DNA from: Fibrobacterales bacterium
GTDB taxonomy: Bacteria; Fibrobacterota; Fibrobacteria; Fibrobacterales; JAOPTW01
DNA length: 64,000 nucleotides
Assembly: GCA_051532035.1 (NCBI GenBank)
Contig: JAOPTW010000012.1
Span: 51,085-115,084 of the forward strand
Direction: 5' to 3'
Part shown: positions 53,810-64,000 of the stretch, piece after piece
How the letters are laid out: each line of letters opens with the position of its first letter
Position numbering within the stretch: position 1 is the first letter of the stretch
Made by a program: the position numbers and the translations under genes
The notes under the pieces: generated by a model
Databases searched by the model: none
What the model was told of the DNA's origin: nothing
The model's input: the letters and a program-made list of their open reading frames with translations, nothing else

Positions 53810-54256
53810 TTATTGGGTGACTGAACTTGCAGGTGTGGTTGGTGTTACCGCTGAAGATGATGAGACCACAGGAGTTTCTATCACTGCTGCACTTGACGGC
53901 TCGACCAGTGTATTTAAAAGATAGGGAATGATCTTATTCACTATTTGACTCGATGAATCAACGGATACAACATTATCAGTAAAGACCTCTGAATTATACC
54001 CTGTTTTAAAGAGTTCGAAATGGTTGTTGTAACTGGTTAGGGGGCTAAATTGTGCCTTTCCACCATCAATGGTATAGAGGAGATACTTGGCGTCATCTGC
54101 GGTAGTGAGGGTAACACGAACTGAGTCGATACCATTACCCAATGTATCTCGCACATCGATGGTATAGCGTATGGGGATTTTTGATTCAGATTCTGTAGGG
54201 GTATTACACGCGGTAATAAGAAAAAAAATCGTAAGTATGAGAAGTATCTGTTTCAA
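53810..54256 (-). CDS. Small lipoprotein with carboxypeptidase-regulatory-like domain (start uncertain)
   Basis: Lipobox ITAC. VRDTLGNGIDSVRVTL...KTGY. TTG at 54256 chosen over the upstream ORF-track start at 54325. Confidence 0.55.
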   Translation of the reverse strand: MKQILLILTIFFLITACNTPTESESKIPIRYTIDVRDTLGNGIDSVRVTLTTADDAKYLLYTIDGGKAQFSPLTSYNNHFELFKTGYNSEVFTDNVVSVDSSSQIVNKIIPYLLNTLVEPSSAAVIETPVVSSSSAVTPTTPASSVTQ

Positions 54257-54439
54257 AAATTGGTCTCGGTTAAGCTCTGTACTCAGAATATAACATAAAA
54301 TGAATGTGCTATAGAGAATAACCATCAGAGTAACTAATAGAATACCAGAGGTTTTGGGGTGTCAACCGTCACTTATGTTAAGTAAAACTTTACTTTTAGT
54401 TCTGATAAGTTTATAAAAAGTGTAAATAAATGAAGAAAG

Positions 54440-54455
54440 TGTGAGGGATGTCACA
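54440..54455. promoter_or_regulatory. CRP-type box
   Basis: TGTGA-GGGATG-TCACA in a divergent intergenic region. Confidence 0.6.
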
Positions 54456-54540
54456 GACAGCCCCCCTTGGTTTAACTAGGATTATACTACTTATAGTATA
54501 TCTGCAATTGCTTACATATTTATTTAACTAAGGTACAAAG

Positions 54541-55428
54541 ATGAAACGAATGATACTGGGGGTTTCTTGGGGAACGATACTCATATTACTAATAGGATGC
54601 GCCAGTAGAGAACTTACTTCGGAGCGTGATAAAGAACGTGTTGAATATGCAACTCAAATTCATAAGTTCCACAATCACATCAGTAAGGGGGAGATTGACT
54701 CTCTCGATATCTATTTGAGTAAAGAGGTTGTGGTCAACTCTCTAAATAGGTCGGGTCAAAGTGCTCTATTCGCAGCGTGTCAAGATACCGGTGGAGAGCT
54801 CTTTGAAAAATTGATGAAAGCACCTCTTGATGTAAATGTTGAAAATAGCACGACCAAAAAAGGGAGACGTCCTGATGTAATGAATGGCAGCTCACTGGGC
54901 GAATGCCTCCTTAATGGTCACTACACAAGAGCGGCACAACTTATTACAAAAGGTGCAGTGATCGATTCTGTATCTCCCATTGAACACCGTCCCTTAATTC
55001 AAGTGTTGACAAAGGGTGATACCGCTGCTGCGGCATACCTTTTAGATTTGGGGGCACAGATTAACAAGTTGCCAAACCGAGTAGATAAAAAGTTTGCACT
55101 CACCGTTGGTCTTGAAACTCATAACCCGGCAGTCATCTCTTTTCTTTTTAATCGTGGTGCAAACCTTGTGTTGGCCTACCCTCATAGACCAGAAATTACA
55201 GCACTGGTAGATGCACTCGGTTCACATATGCACAGTGAGGTCTATGATGTTGTGCTCTCTATTCTCAAAGAACTGCCAAGCGCAGGTGCTCAAAAGGTTG
55301 CTCTCTCAGTTGCTATCCGTAAGATAATCTCTCTTGCCGATTGGGGTGAACGAACAAAAATTGAACAGAAAAAAGCGACGATTAAAAAGCTGAATCTCCT
55401 TCTTAAAAAGAGCATGAAAAATTCATAG
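54541..55428 (+). CDS. Ankyrin-repeat lipoprotein
   Basis: Lipobox LIGC. GQSALFAA, LITKGA, LLDLGAQIN and LFNRGAN. Confidence 0.75.
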   Translation: MKRMILGVSWGTILILLIGCASRELTSERDKERVEYATQIHKFHNHISKGEIDSLDIYLSKEVVVNSLNRSGQSALFAACQDTGGELFEKLMKAPLDVNVENSTTKKGRRPDVMNGSSLGECLLNGHYTRAAQLITKGAVIDSVSPIEHRPLIQVLTKGDTAAAAYLLDLGAQINKLPNRVDKKFALTVGLETHNPAVISFLFNRGANLVLAYPHRPEITALVDALGSHMHSEVYDVVLSILKELPSAGAQKVALSVAIRKIISLADWGERTKIEQKKATIKKLNLLLKKSMKNS

Positions 55429-55436
55429 CTCATAGT

Positions 55437-56210
55437 TTATGGGAGAATGTTCATAAATTTTCGGATTAATTGACCTGAAAGAGTATGTGTAGGGGGAATG
55501 GGCTGTGGAATCGTGTCACGGGTGTACCACTCTGCTTCAACAATTTCTTCGCCATCGATGGTGATCTCGCCCGACTCCCACTCTGCCGTATAAGCTATCA
55601 TGATAGCATTGGTAAGGCCGAAAGGTTGTGACCCAAAGTAGTGCATGTTTTTTATGGTAATCCCGGTCTCTTCCATAACTTCGCGCTCTGCACACTCTTC
55701 GAGGGTTTCCCCTTGATTGAGATAACCAGCAACACTTGAATAACCATCATACGGCGTGTAAGGCCCTGTTTTTACCAGTAAGATTCTATCACCTTTCGTG
55801 ATACGGACAACTACAGCAGGGTGCGCAGCAGGGAAGGTGAGATGCTCACACTGGGTACATTTTTTTGCCCGTTCGTCGCCAAAAGCTTCCATGGGGCTCC
55901 CACATTTTGAACAGAACTGATGAAGCTGGTCCCAATGCACGAGTTGATACGCATATGCGGTAATGATAAATTTTTCAGGATTCTCTTCTATCAATTCATA
56001 CAGCGGGATCTCGGTGTAGGTGTCGGGGATATCAGTATTGGCTGGGATACTACTCACACAGCAGGAGACGGAATCAGTGCGCTCAAAGGGTATCAGTGCA
56101 GTATGATTGGCAAAGTCTGATAGGTAATCACTCAGGAGGGAGAGCGTGTCGGGTGAGCTCTTTAGCACGATAAGGCTGTGTTCTTTAAAAAGATAGATGG
56201 GTGTTGTCAT
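55437..56210 (-). CDS. nudC: NAD(+) diphosphatase / NAD-cap decapping enzyme
   Basis: FCSKCG...C..C zinc ribbon, Nudix box AG....GETLEECAEREVMEETG and YFGSQP. Confidence 0.88.
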   Translation of the reverse strand: MTTPIYLFKEHSLIVLKSSPDTLSLLSDYLSDFANHTALIPFERTDSVSCCVSSIPANTDIPDTYTEIPLYELIEENPEKFIITAYAYQLVHWDQLHQFCSKCGSPMEAFGDERAKKCTQCEHLTFPAAHPAVVVRITKGDRILLVKTGPYTPYDGYSSVAGYLNQGETLEECAEREVMEETGITIKNMHYFGSQPFGLTNAIMIAYTAEWESGEITIDGEEIVEAEWYTRDTIPQPIPPTHTLSGQLIRKFMNILP

Positions 56211-56318
56211 AGGTATAATCAATGGAATAAGGTGTAGTGGTAAATATACAATGTCGGGCTAGTCAGAGTTGTAATAAGAGGGATGTAAAAAGAGAGATGT
56301 AATAAAAAAGGAGAGAAC

Positions 56319-56343
56319 AAAAAAAGCCTCCATTAGGAGGCTT
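56319..56343 (-). terminator. Intrinsic terminator for 56368-57366
   Basis: AAGCCTCC-ATTA-GGAGGCTT with an adjacent A run (U tract on the minus strand). Confidence 0.8.
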
Positions 56344-56367
56344 ACAATCAATAATGAGTAGAGTGTG

Positions 56368-57366
56368 TTAGTCTTCACCTGGTCCAGAGTTATTAGACCC
56401 TTCAAGAGAGTGAGGAGGAGACGCTACATAGAATGTTTGAGTCGCATTGATGTTAAAGCTTACGTTGCCATAGGTAACGCCTTCTTTGTGTGCGGTAAAA
56501 TCATACATTCCTGGTGTGAGGTTATTAAAAAGTACCCCACCATCAACAGAGGTTGAAGTATATGTTGGATCAGGAAGTACTGCTTCGTTAAAGTAGATAG
56601 GTCCTTGAAGAGGACTTACTTGTGCAGGTACCATAGAAACGAGTGCTCCTGGATCTCCGTGAGGGAGGCGCATGTCAAATAGGCTTGACCATGATTTACC
56701 GACGGTAGAAACCATGATATTTGAAATGGGGTATTCTTGCCCTATGAGTTCAGCAATTTGTCCTTCAAGTTGGCTTTTGGCAAAGTACATGTAAAGTTCA
56801 TCAGGAAGTTGCATTCCGATATCGAGGATATCTTCAGAACCAATAGTAAAGATGTTTGATTGACCTTGAGCTATTGACCAGCGCTCTGGAAGTCCACCTG
56901 GGAAGACCATGCCTTCAACTTCGGCAGGATAAAAATCTTTTTCATAGCTAAATGAGAATGCAATATCTCTATTGATGCGTTTAAGAATGTAGAGCTCCCA
57001 CTGACCGTTTTCATCAGTAGTAATGTTGAGGTACTTGGTAAAAGGATACTCTGCAATCCATACTTTTGCGTTGGCTACAATCGCTGTATAGTCGAGGTAG
57101 GCAGGAGGCTGTTGCGTAATGTCATAGCCAAAATGACGTACTTCACCTTTAAGGTGAACGATTTCGAATGAGCGTCTTCGTTTTGCAGCAATGGTTGGGT
57201 TCATTTCAATGAGAGTTTCATTTTCGAGATCAATGACTTGTACTGCTGTAGGTGTAGCAGCGGATTCTGTTCCGGTTTCACTGTCATTTTGACTAACCAT
57301 TTCGGTACAGCCAATCATAAGAGGGAGAACAAGTAGTGACGATAGATAGGTGAACTGTTTTTTCAT
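56368..57366 (-). CDS. Hypothetical lipoprotein
   Basis: AAGGA SD before the ATG at 57366. Lipobox MIGC. C-terminal TSVDGGVLFNNLTPG.Y. Confidence 0.65.
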   Translation of the reverse strand: MKKQFTYLSSLLVLPLMIGCTEMVSQNDSETGTESAATPTAVQVIDLENETLIEMNPTIAAKRRRSFEIVHLKGEVRHFGYDITQQPPAYLDYTAIVANAKVWIAEYPFTKYLNITTDENGQWELYILKRINRDIAFSFSYEKDFYPAEVEGMVFPGGLPERWSIAQGQSNIFTIGSEDILDIGMQLPDELYMYFAKSQLEGQIAELIGQEYPISNIMVSTVGKSWSSLFDMRLPHGDPGALVSMVPAQVSPLQGPIYFNEAVLPDPTYTSTSVDGGVLFNNLTPGMYDFTAHKEGVTYGNVSFNINATQTFYVASPPHSLEGSNNSGPGED

Positions 57367-57443
57367 ATAACATCCTTTGTGTTTTTTGGGTTTCCACAAA
57401 GGTATCTATAATGTGTCGATTCGTACAGATGGTTATATTAAAG

Positions 57444-57459
57444 TGTGATGGATATCACA
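57444..57459. promoter_or_regulatory. CRP-type box
   Basis: TGTGA-TGGATA-TCACA, about 80 bp upstream of the 57366 start. Confidence 0.6.
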
Positions 57460-57483
57460 CTGTTCATGGGGGTGAGGATACTT

Positions 57484-59184
57484 CTAAGGCATCTCAACAG
57501 ACAATGGATTAATACCTGATTTTTGCAATGCAGATACGTCAATCAGATGAGTTTCTCCAGGATTGGGGTTCGCGAATTTGTACATACCTCTATCATGTGC
57601 ATAGTCAAAAGTTTGTGGGTCTGCGTTCCATGTTAACGTAGTCTCTAAAAATTCCATTTCATTGGTACCTTGCCAAGTTCGCCATCCGACAATAGAGTGA
57701 CCAGTCATAAGGAATATGAAAGGTTCAAGCCCAGCTGCTTCCAGAGCAGCAGCGAAGAGTACCGTTCCATCAATACAGTTTGCTGCTTTGGTATTAATGG
57801 TCTGATTAGGGAATTTAATCTTCTGTCCGGCACTCGGAGAGAAGAGGTTGTTGATATAGACAATGTCCCGCGCTCGTAGTGCCTCGTATATGGCCTTTAC
57901 TTGGATCCTTACTATGTCTGATTTCTCAGAGTCTGTTGCACCTACAGGAGCTTGATACCCAACAAGAGAGCCTTTGGGGTGAAGGGCAGCTGCTTCGAAG
58001 TTAATCTCGTGTATTACGGGGAGGTCAGATTGTACCCACGTTGAGAGGTAGTTCTCAAAATGAAACGTTGCTTCTGGTTGTGAGGGGTATTGAACAGTTA
58101 TTCCTGATGTATAAATGTTAGGAGGGATAACCTCTATAACATAGGATTCTGAACGTATAGTCGTTTCACCACCATTCTTAATTACTTTAATGGTTAGGTT
58201 CAGTTGTGCTGTTCTCGTAGTAAGTAACAGTGGAAGGTTATTAACAATAAGTCCTGGATTGAGTTTAAGTGTATCCGTAGTATTACGGTTAATAATTGTG
58301 GTTTGTGAAAAAGCATGCGTAATTCCGGGAATCTCAGCAGTTGCAATTACCGTATATTGCTCATAAGGGTTTAGATTAGTTATACTAGTCGATAGCAAAT
58401 TGCCATGTGTATGACCATTATATACACTATCCAAGTAAGGATAGATGAATGTTCGAATTTTTTTACGAGGCAATATATAATTTACCTGAATATACCTCGA
58501 AGCAGATTTGACAACAACATCATTATAAATAGAATCATACACTGTAGACTTCATAGAATCAACCTCATCTGCAAACAAAGCGTTCAAACTATCAAGTGCA
58601 TGCTCTTGCGCAAGCGTAAGACTATCAACACTATTATTCCCATTCTCTTTGGTTATACTATCCACTGCACTATTATACTCTGCCTTAAGACTATCAAGGT
58701 GCGCCGCTTGTGCTGCATGTAAGCTATCCAACACCAACTGTTGTTGCTCCGTGTGTACTCGGTTTAAAGAATCAGTAAAATGAGAGAGCAGGGAATCGGC
58801 ATCGGCTTTAAACTGCGCAGACCGAATGGTATTGTAATAGTTGGAGATACTATCAAGAGCGTGTTGCTGTGCATTCATGATGCTATCAATATTTAATTGA
58901 GGAACGGTATCAGCCTCAGATGATGCTGTAGGCTGAGGAAGGGCCTTGAGCAGCGAATCGTAATAAAAGGTTACGCGATCAATTTCCATTTGGTGAAGAG
59001 AATCCTGAGCGGGTTGATCACTCTCCATGTTCTTTAGAATACTATCTTGAAGCGCTACAAAAAGGCTGTCACTGATGGACGTTTGTTCCATTGGTTCAGG
59101 AGCAGTTGTGGTGCTATCGAAGCAGCCTATGGTTACTCCACAGATAAGGAGAAAGCTGATGATAGTTGATAATTGTTTAAGCAT
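57484..59184 (-). CDS. Lipoprotein with helical DS-rich stalk and transglutaminase-like C-terminal domain
   Basis: Lipobox TIGC. QKIKFP...ANCIDGTVLFAAALE, GHSIVGW and FLETT (Cys-His-Glu). Confidence 0.7.
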   Translation of the reverse strand: MLKQLSTIISFLLICGVTIGCFDSTTTAPEPMEQTSISDSLFVALQDSILKNMESDQPAQDSLHQMEIDRVTFYYDSLLKALPQPTASSEADTVPQLNIDSIMNAQQHALDSISNYYNTIRSAQFKADADSLLSHFTDSLNRVHTEQQQLVLDSLHAAQAAHLDSLKAEYNSAVDSITKENGNNSVDSLTLAQEHALDSLNALFADEVDSMKSTVYDSIYNDVVVKSASRYIQVNYILPRKKIRTFIYPYLDSVYNGHTHGNLLSTSITNLNPYEQYTVIATAEIPGITHAFSQTTIINRNTTDTLKLNPGLIVNNLPLLLTTRTAQLNLTIKVIKNGGETTIRSESYVIEVIPPNIYTSGITVQYPSQPEATFHFENYLSTWVQSDLPVIHEINFEAAALHPKGSLVGYQAPVGATDSEKSDIVRIQVKAIYEALRARDIVYINNLFSPSAGQKIKFPNQTINTKAANCIDGTVLFAAALEAAGLEPFIFLMTGHSIVGWRTWQGTNEMEFLETTLTWNADPQTFDYAHDRGMYKFANPNPGETHLIDVSALQKSGINPLSVEMP

Positions 59185-59371
59185 GCGAAACCCAGGTAAT
59201 TAATGTGCTTCGCAAAGATAGTAAAGTTATTAATAAATGAAACTGATCTGCTTTGCTTGCTGTGGGTAAGCACGCGCAGGATGGGGAGTGGAGTATATTA
59301 AAAGGGGCATTTTGTATTAAAACACACCTTTATGGTGCTTGTTTGATGTTTTTTCAAAAATGGTCACTTCT

Positions 59372-60241
59372 TTAGGGGGCCGAACGTTTTTTCCATGGCC
59401 TAATAACTACCAAAATACCGCCAAGTATTGCGACAGAAGCAATGATCAACCTGAGGCTTACCAGTTCGCCGAGCAAGAGTATTCCACCAAGACTCGCCAG
59501 TATGGGTACTGATAATTGCACGACTCCCGTAGTGGTAGACGTTAAGTGAGGGAGTACTCGGTACCATACTGCATAGCCAATTCCAGAGGCGAGTGAACCC
59601 GAAGCAATTGCAGCGAGTATGCCAGGGGGCGTTGCTCCTGTGGTTACTGGTATAAGAACAATGAGGGCTATGCAAAAGGGGATTGTGAGAGTGAATTGTA
59701 CGGTAGTGTCGCGTAGAGGGTTTTTAGAGCGGCTTCCTAAGAGGGTGTAGAATGCCCAAGCGATACCTGATCCGGTCATTGCTAAAAAGCCCACGACGGA
59801 TGGTGTCGTGACGGTGGGAATAACAAGATAGGTCAGGCCAGAGAATGCAATGAGGGTACCGATCCAGGCGGTTGGTTTGAGAGTGCGCTGTGTAATGATC
59901 GTGAAGGTGATCATGGTTAATTGAACAGTGCCAAACAGTATGAGTGCTCCGGTTCCAGTGTCGAGTGTAAGATATGCATAAGAGAAGAGCGCGGCGTAGG
60001 AAAAGAGAAAGAGTGAGCCGAGCCAATAGCGGGGCTTCATACATGATGCAATGGTGTTGCTTATAGAACGAGGTGTTGTAATAAGCATAAGGATTGCAAG
60101 GGTTACTGCTCCCGAAATGAGTCGGATTACGGTAAAATAAGCGGGATCAATAATGGGTTCAGAAAGTGCGAACCGGCATAGTATTGAGTTGGCAGCAAAG
60201 GCAGCGAGTGCGAGTAGGGTAATTATAACAGTGGATTGCAT
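59372..60241 (-). CDS. DMT/EamA family transporter
   Basis: AFAANSILCR, FSYAYLTL.TGTGALILFG, GIGYAVWY and VQLSVP. About 10 TM helices. Confidence 0.9.
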   Translation of the reverse strand: MQSTVIITLLALAAFAANSILCRFALSEPIIDPAYFTVIRLISGAVTLAILMLITTPRSISNTIASCMKPRYWLGSLFLFSYAALFSYAYLTLDTGTGALILFGTVQLTMITFTIITQRTLKPTAWIGTLIAFSGLTYLVIPTVTTPSVVGFLAMTGSGIAWAFYTLLGSRSKNPLRDTTVQFTLTIPFCIALIVLIPVTTGATPPGILAAIASGSLASGIGYAVWYRVLPHLTSTTTGVVQLSVPILASLGGILLLGELVSLRLIIASVAILGGILVVIRPWKKRSAP

Positions 60242-60405
60242 TAATGGGTTACGGTGTAAAATACTCTGTCTATAAAGTGTACAAATTTATCATGAGAGAT
60301 GGTGTATTAGATAGTGATACAAAGAGGTGATCGAATAGAGAGCACTCCTGCATCATAACAGAACAATTGTCACCGAAATCGCCCTTTTTAACGTGTACTG
60401 AGAGT

Positions 60406-60421
60406 TGGTATGCAATTTGCA
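60406..60421 (+). promoter_or_regulatory. Sigma54 (-24/-12) promoter
   Basis: TGGTATGCAATTTGCA (GG-N10-GC), about 35 bp before the ATG at 60456. Confidence 0.7.
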
Positions 60422-60455
60422 ATAGAGGATGAGTATAACCGATAGAGGAGAATGT

Positions 60456-60656
60456 ATGTTTATTGAATTAATATTGCCCGTTACCTTACTTATGGCCACT
60501 GTTTTTGGTTTTAGAACTTTGTTAATGAAAGATGTGAGAACTGCAGAGGTGATTCCTGAGTTAGTGGTCGAAGGAACGCCACGTAAAATGAGTAGGGTGC
60601 CCCTTGATGACTCCAATGTTATTGATGTCTCTTACAGAACCGTAAAAAAGCAGTAG
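60456..60656 (+). CDS. Small single-pass membrane protein
   Basis: GAGGAG SD and hydrophobic MFIELILPVTLLMATVFGF. Confidence 0.6.
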   Translation: MFIELILPVTLLMATVFGFRTLLMKDVRTAEVIPELVVEGTPRKMSRVPLDDSNVIDVSYRTVKKQ

Positions 60657-60708
60657 TGAGACCCGGACTCTTTGCTATTTTTAGCGCATAATTAGAGAGT
60701 GGAACACA

Positions 60709-61158
60709 ATGAAAATTTATGTCGATGCAGATGCCTGCCCCAAACCAGTAAAAGAGATTCTCTATAGGGTCTCAGATAAACGCGCCCTTAAGCTTGTGCT
60801 TGTGGCAAATAGTTATATGCGCGTGCCTCTCTCTACGTTAATTGAGAGTATTGTCGTTTCGGCTGGCGCAGATGAAGCGGATGATAAAATTGTAGAGCTG
60901 GTTGAAGAAGGGGATGTGGTAATCACTGCAGATATTCCCTTGGCTGATCGCATTATTAAAAAGAAAGGGATCGTATTAGATCCTCGTGGAGAGCTCCTTG
61001 ATGATAACAATATCGGCCAGCGACTCGGAGTGCGTAATCTGTTAGATGAGCTCCGCACCGAAGGTATGGATACTGGAGGACCGAGTGCATACGGGCCCAA
61101 AGACAAACAGAAATTTGCGAATCAGTTGGATCGTCTGTTGACTAAGATTATGCGCTAA
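60709..61158 (+). CDS. yaiI: YaiI/YqxD family (DUF188) protein
   Basis: MKIYVDADACP, VITADIPLA, PRGE and GGP...FANQLDR. Confidence 0.92.
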   Translation: MKIYVDADACPKPVKEILYRVSDKRALKLVLVANSYMRVPLSTLIESIVVSAGADEADDKIVELVEEGDVVITADIPLADRIIKKKGIVLDPRGELLDDNNIGQRLGVRNLLDELRTEGMDTGGPSAYGPKDKQKFANQLDRLLTKIMR

Positions 61159-61183
61159 CATCTCGTTATGTACCAGTTGTTAA

Positions 61184-61233
61184 TACAATAAAAAAGCCAT
61201 GACTGTATTTGAGTCATGGCTTTTTTTATTGTA
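61184..61233. terminator. Bidirectional intrinsic terminator
   Basis: TACAATAAAAAAGCCATGACT...AGTCATGGCTTTTTTTATTGTA. Confidence 0.88.
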
Positions 61234-61252
61234 AGGGTCTGTATGAATGAGA

Positions 61253-62350
61253 CTATCGAACAGGCACGGGGTCGTATACAACACTGATGCTCACCGTATA
61301 GTCGATTGGTAATGTTTTGTCTAGATTAGGATTATAGGGGAATACATTTTTGAGAAGGATAATGTAATCGAGCACCGGTTTGAACGTATCCATTGTTCTA
61401 TCGGTATTAAGATCAAAAGATTCTGTTAGTTTCCCCTGAGTTAAAGTGAAAGATAATCGTGCATTTCCTGCTAAAGTACACCTCGCTTCTTTAGGGCAGC
61501 GGTCATCTTTTATAGAATCGAGGGTTAAAAGTACGGTATCATCATTTGTTGCTACTGTGTCGCCAACTTTCATGGGTATAATTGAATCGAGGACGAGAAT
61601 GGAACGGTGTGGATCCGTTTTCTCACAGAGTTTTCTTGTTGGGCAGCCCCATTCATTTTCTCGTGCTTTTAAGGTGTACCCGTCTTCGCATTGCTCAACA
61701 TCTTGAATCATGAGGGTCGGGCAATTGTAAATTGCATTACAGTGCTTCTTCTCAGTGATTTTTAAGCCATCTTGACGTGCAACACATGCATTACTTGCCA
61801 ATTGATAGGTTGTTAGGGTATCAATGGTATCATATATTGGGTCGTAGGCACAGACAGGGTCATAATTCGCCAAACATATCTCTGGTCGTGGTGAAGAGGA
61901 ATACCGCGTTAATTGATTTGCTGCTGAACTTAAGGTTGAGGAGGTAAAGAGTTCGATAGGATTACTCAAAGCTACATTCGCAGCTGAACTGGAGTGCCTG
62001 CTGATATCTCTACTTGACGAACTATTGAGAGCGATTGGTGATGACCCAGAAGAAAGAGGGACCGATTGTGATGATTGCATAGTCGGTGCGGTAATAGCAC
62101 TTGACGATGGTGGTATAGGAGGAGTAGAGGAGCTTGAGCCTTGTGTAACAGTAAGGCTACTGGATGACAACACTAATGAAGAGGTTTGTGATGATGGCTG
62201 CACAGGTACAAATCGAGTTACTGAGGAGAGTACAGCTGTTGAAGAAGAAGAGGCTTCTGATGTTGTTTCTGGCATTTCTTTATCGACAATGCAAGAAGTC
62301 GCCATTACCATAAGGCATAACGATAAAACTGAAGGTTTTAAATAGTTCAT
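61253..62350 (-). CDS. Ser-rich lipoprotein with Kazal-like and other Cys-rich modules
   Basis: Lipobox ATSC. CLANYDPVC...SNAC, CP...C..G......GC....C and DDRCP..ARC..AG. Confidence 0.7.
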   Translation of the reverse strand: MNYLKPSVLSLCLMVMATSCIVDKEMPETTSEASSSSTAVLSSVTRFVPVQPSSQTSSLVLSSSSLTVTQGSSSSTPPIPPSSSAITAPTMQSSQSVPLSSGSSPIALNSSSSRDISRHSSSAANVALSNPIELFTSSTLSSAANQLTRYSSSPRPEICLANYDPVCAYDPIYDTIDTLTTYQLASNACVARQDGLKITEKKHCNAIYNCPTLMIQDVEQCEDGYTLKARENEWGCPTRKLCEKTDPHRSILVLDSIIPMKVGDTVATNDDTVLLTLDSIKDDRCPKEARCTLAGNARLSFTLTQGKLTESFDLNTDRTMDTFKPVLDYIILLKNVFPYNPNLDKTLPIDYTVSISVVYDPVPVR

Positions 62351-62467
62351 AAGGTGTCCCAATTGTATTTCTTTAGAAAAGATACTTAATTGAGCTTACG
62401 TGTGTAGACGCTTACGAAAAATATTTTCAAAACGAGTTGTGTCTTGTTCGAGGGCTCCGTGTAACGT

Positions 62468-63538
62468 TTATTTACTCGCTTGTTTAATAACCTCACCGGC
62501 AATTTTATCGAGGGGGAGGATTATGTTTACAGCATCAAGTTTAATGGCCTGCATGGGCATTCCAAAAACCACACAGCTTGCTTCATCTTGAGCGATGGTA
62601 TGGGCGCCACACTCTTTAAGCTCCAATAGCCCTTTAGCGCCATCATCACCCATGCCGGTCATAATTGCCGCGATCGCATTTTTACCCACATATCTACTTG
62701 CTGATCTAAACAGTACATCCACAGAGGGGCGATGCCGCGAAACGAGCGGGCCTTCTTTGACCTCGACATAGTAACGTGCACCGCTGCGTTTTATAAGGGT
62801 GTGAAACCCCCCAGGAGCAATAAGCACTTGCCCAGGAATAACGGTGTCATTGTTCTGTGCTTCTTTTACCTGGACGTTACAGGTCTCATTGAGCCTATTG
62901 GCAAAGGTCCGGGTGAACTTTTCGGGCATATGTTGTACAATCACTATGCCTGGGGAGTTGTGGGGGAGTGCTTCAAGAAATACTTTTAATGCCTCGGTGC
63001 CGCCGGTTGATGCGCCAACAACAATTACCCTTTCAGTTGTTTTTACCATTGCATTTGTTTTTGCGGGGGGGAGCACTGCATCTGCAGTCAGTTTCTTTTC
63101 GGGGTGCTTCTTTTTAGGGCGCGCCTTTACCGCAACTCCTGCGGCGGCTTTTACTGAATCACATATTTGAATACTTGATTCTTGTAAAAAAAGTTTGGTT
63201 CCTACTTTCGGTTTGGTAATAATATCGACTGCTCCATATTCGAGTGCACGAAAGGTCGACTCACAGTTCTCTTCTGCAAGGCTCGAACAGATTACTACAG
63301 GGATAGGGTGCTGTGACATGAGCTTTGATAAAAAGGTGAGGCCATCCATACGAGGCATCTCTATGTCGAGAGTTATGACATCGGGAACAATAGTTTTCAT
63401 CTTTTCAGCTGCGTAATAGGGGTCTGCTGCACTTCCCACAACTTCAATGTTGGGGTCGGAAGAGAGCACTTCGGTCAGAGTTTGACGGACAACAGAGGAA
63501 TCATCTACGATAAGTACTTTGACTTTATTTTGACCCAT
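62468..63538 (-). CDS. cheB: Chemotaxis response regulator protein-glutamate methylesterase
   Basis: Receiver domain (VDDS, LDIEMP) plus [19 protein letters not shown] and TGMGDDG. GGGAG SD before the ATG at 63538. Confidence 0.96.
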   Translation of the reverse strand: MGQNKVKVLIVDDSSVVRQTLTEVLSSDPNIEVVGSAADPYYAAEKMKTIVPDVITLDIEMPRMDGLTFLSKLMSQHPIPVVICSSLAEENCESTFRALEYGAVDIITKPKVGTKLFLQESSIQICDSVKAAAGVAVKARPKKKHPEKKLTADAVLPPAKTNAMVKTTERVIVVGASTGGTEALKVFLEALPHNSPGIVIVQHMPEKFTRTFANRLNETCNVQVKEAQNNDTVIPGQVLIAPGGFHTLIKRSGARYYVEVKEGPLVSRHRPSVDVLFRSASRYVGKNAIAAIMTGMGDDGAKGLLELKECGAHTIAQDEASCVVFGMPMQAIKLDAVNIILPLDKIAGEVIKQASK

Positions 63539-64000
63539 TGCCAATCTCCCTCTTAATTTTTTTGAGATACACTTTACCGGATTCAGTACAAAAAATGAGT
63601 TTTCGTCCTTGAGTACCGCCCATATCATGGACGTCTATAATTATATTTGCTTCACTGAGTATTTTTTTTGCTACTTCAGCATTTTGGTACCCTATAGACT
63701 GTTCATAGGAAGAATTATTGCCTGGAGTATAGGCACCGCCAAAGAGTTTAACGGTACAGTGTGAAAGAGGGATGCCTGCTTTTTTAAGTTCGTGAAGCAT
63801 TCTGTGTATGGCTCCGTCCACGTATCGTACATCACTGTTGTTTTTTCTCGTAGGATACACCGCGTGGCATACTATAGCAAACTTAGGAATAGAACAGTGG
63901 ATAAAAAGAGAAACGCACGACCCGAGAATGGTTTGAATTCTATGAGTTTTGCGGGTAAAGAACACCTGACCTTGCAGGAGCGTTGGGTACTCTATAATGC
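63525..64000 (-). CDS. cheD: Chemoreceptor glutamine deamidase CheD (5'-partial)
   Basis: [19 protein letters not shown] and DMGG..GRK. The frame is open to the window edge. Confidence 0.88.
   Translation of the reverse strand, partial: IIEYPTLLQGQVFFTRKTHRIQTILGSCVSLFIHCSIPKFAIVCHAVYPTRKNNSDVRYVDGAIHRMLHELKKAGIPLSHCTVKLFGGAYTPGNNSSYEQSIGYQNAEVAKKILSEANIIIDVHDMGGTQGRKLIFCTESGKVYLKKIKREIGNGSK

Overview
Bacterial chromosomal window, most likely Fibrobacterota. This is inferred from a TIGR02147-like protein, two FISUMP/Fib_succ_major domains, many Ser-rich lipoproteins and T9SS-like C-terminal domains. The first ~8.9 kb is a visibly AT-richer defence island. It holds a membrane KAP P-loop NTPase with an extra N-terminal PUA/EVE-like domain, followed by a TIR protein with winged-helix-like C-terminal segments, a decayed IS3 element and an excisionase-type HTH pseudogene. 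The HTH is translationally coupled to a DUF262 / AAA-DUF3696 / RelE-like triad with Menshen architecture. The remaining ~55 kb is mostly secreted or lipoprotein genes (M60 and S41 peptidases, GH63-like, DUF5060, LamG, PA14-like, FISUMP, Kazal, transglutaminase-like). It also has regulators (AraC, a hybrid kinase, a sigma54-driven NtrY/NtrX-like operon) and housekeeping genes (satP, nudC, RIO kinase, Fe-ADH, cheB, partial cheD). Non-coding signals include four perfect TGTGA-N6-TCACA boxes, two sigma54 promoters, an ERIC-like palindromic element with a tandem duplication and several terminators. I found no rRNA, tRNA or CRISPR array. All family calls come from motif recognition by eye, not database searches.
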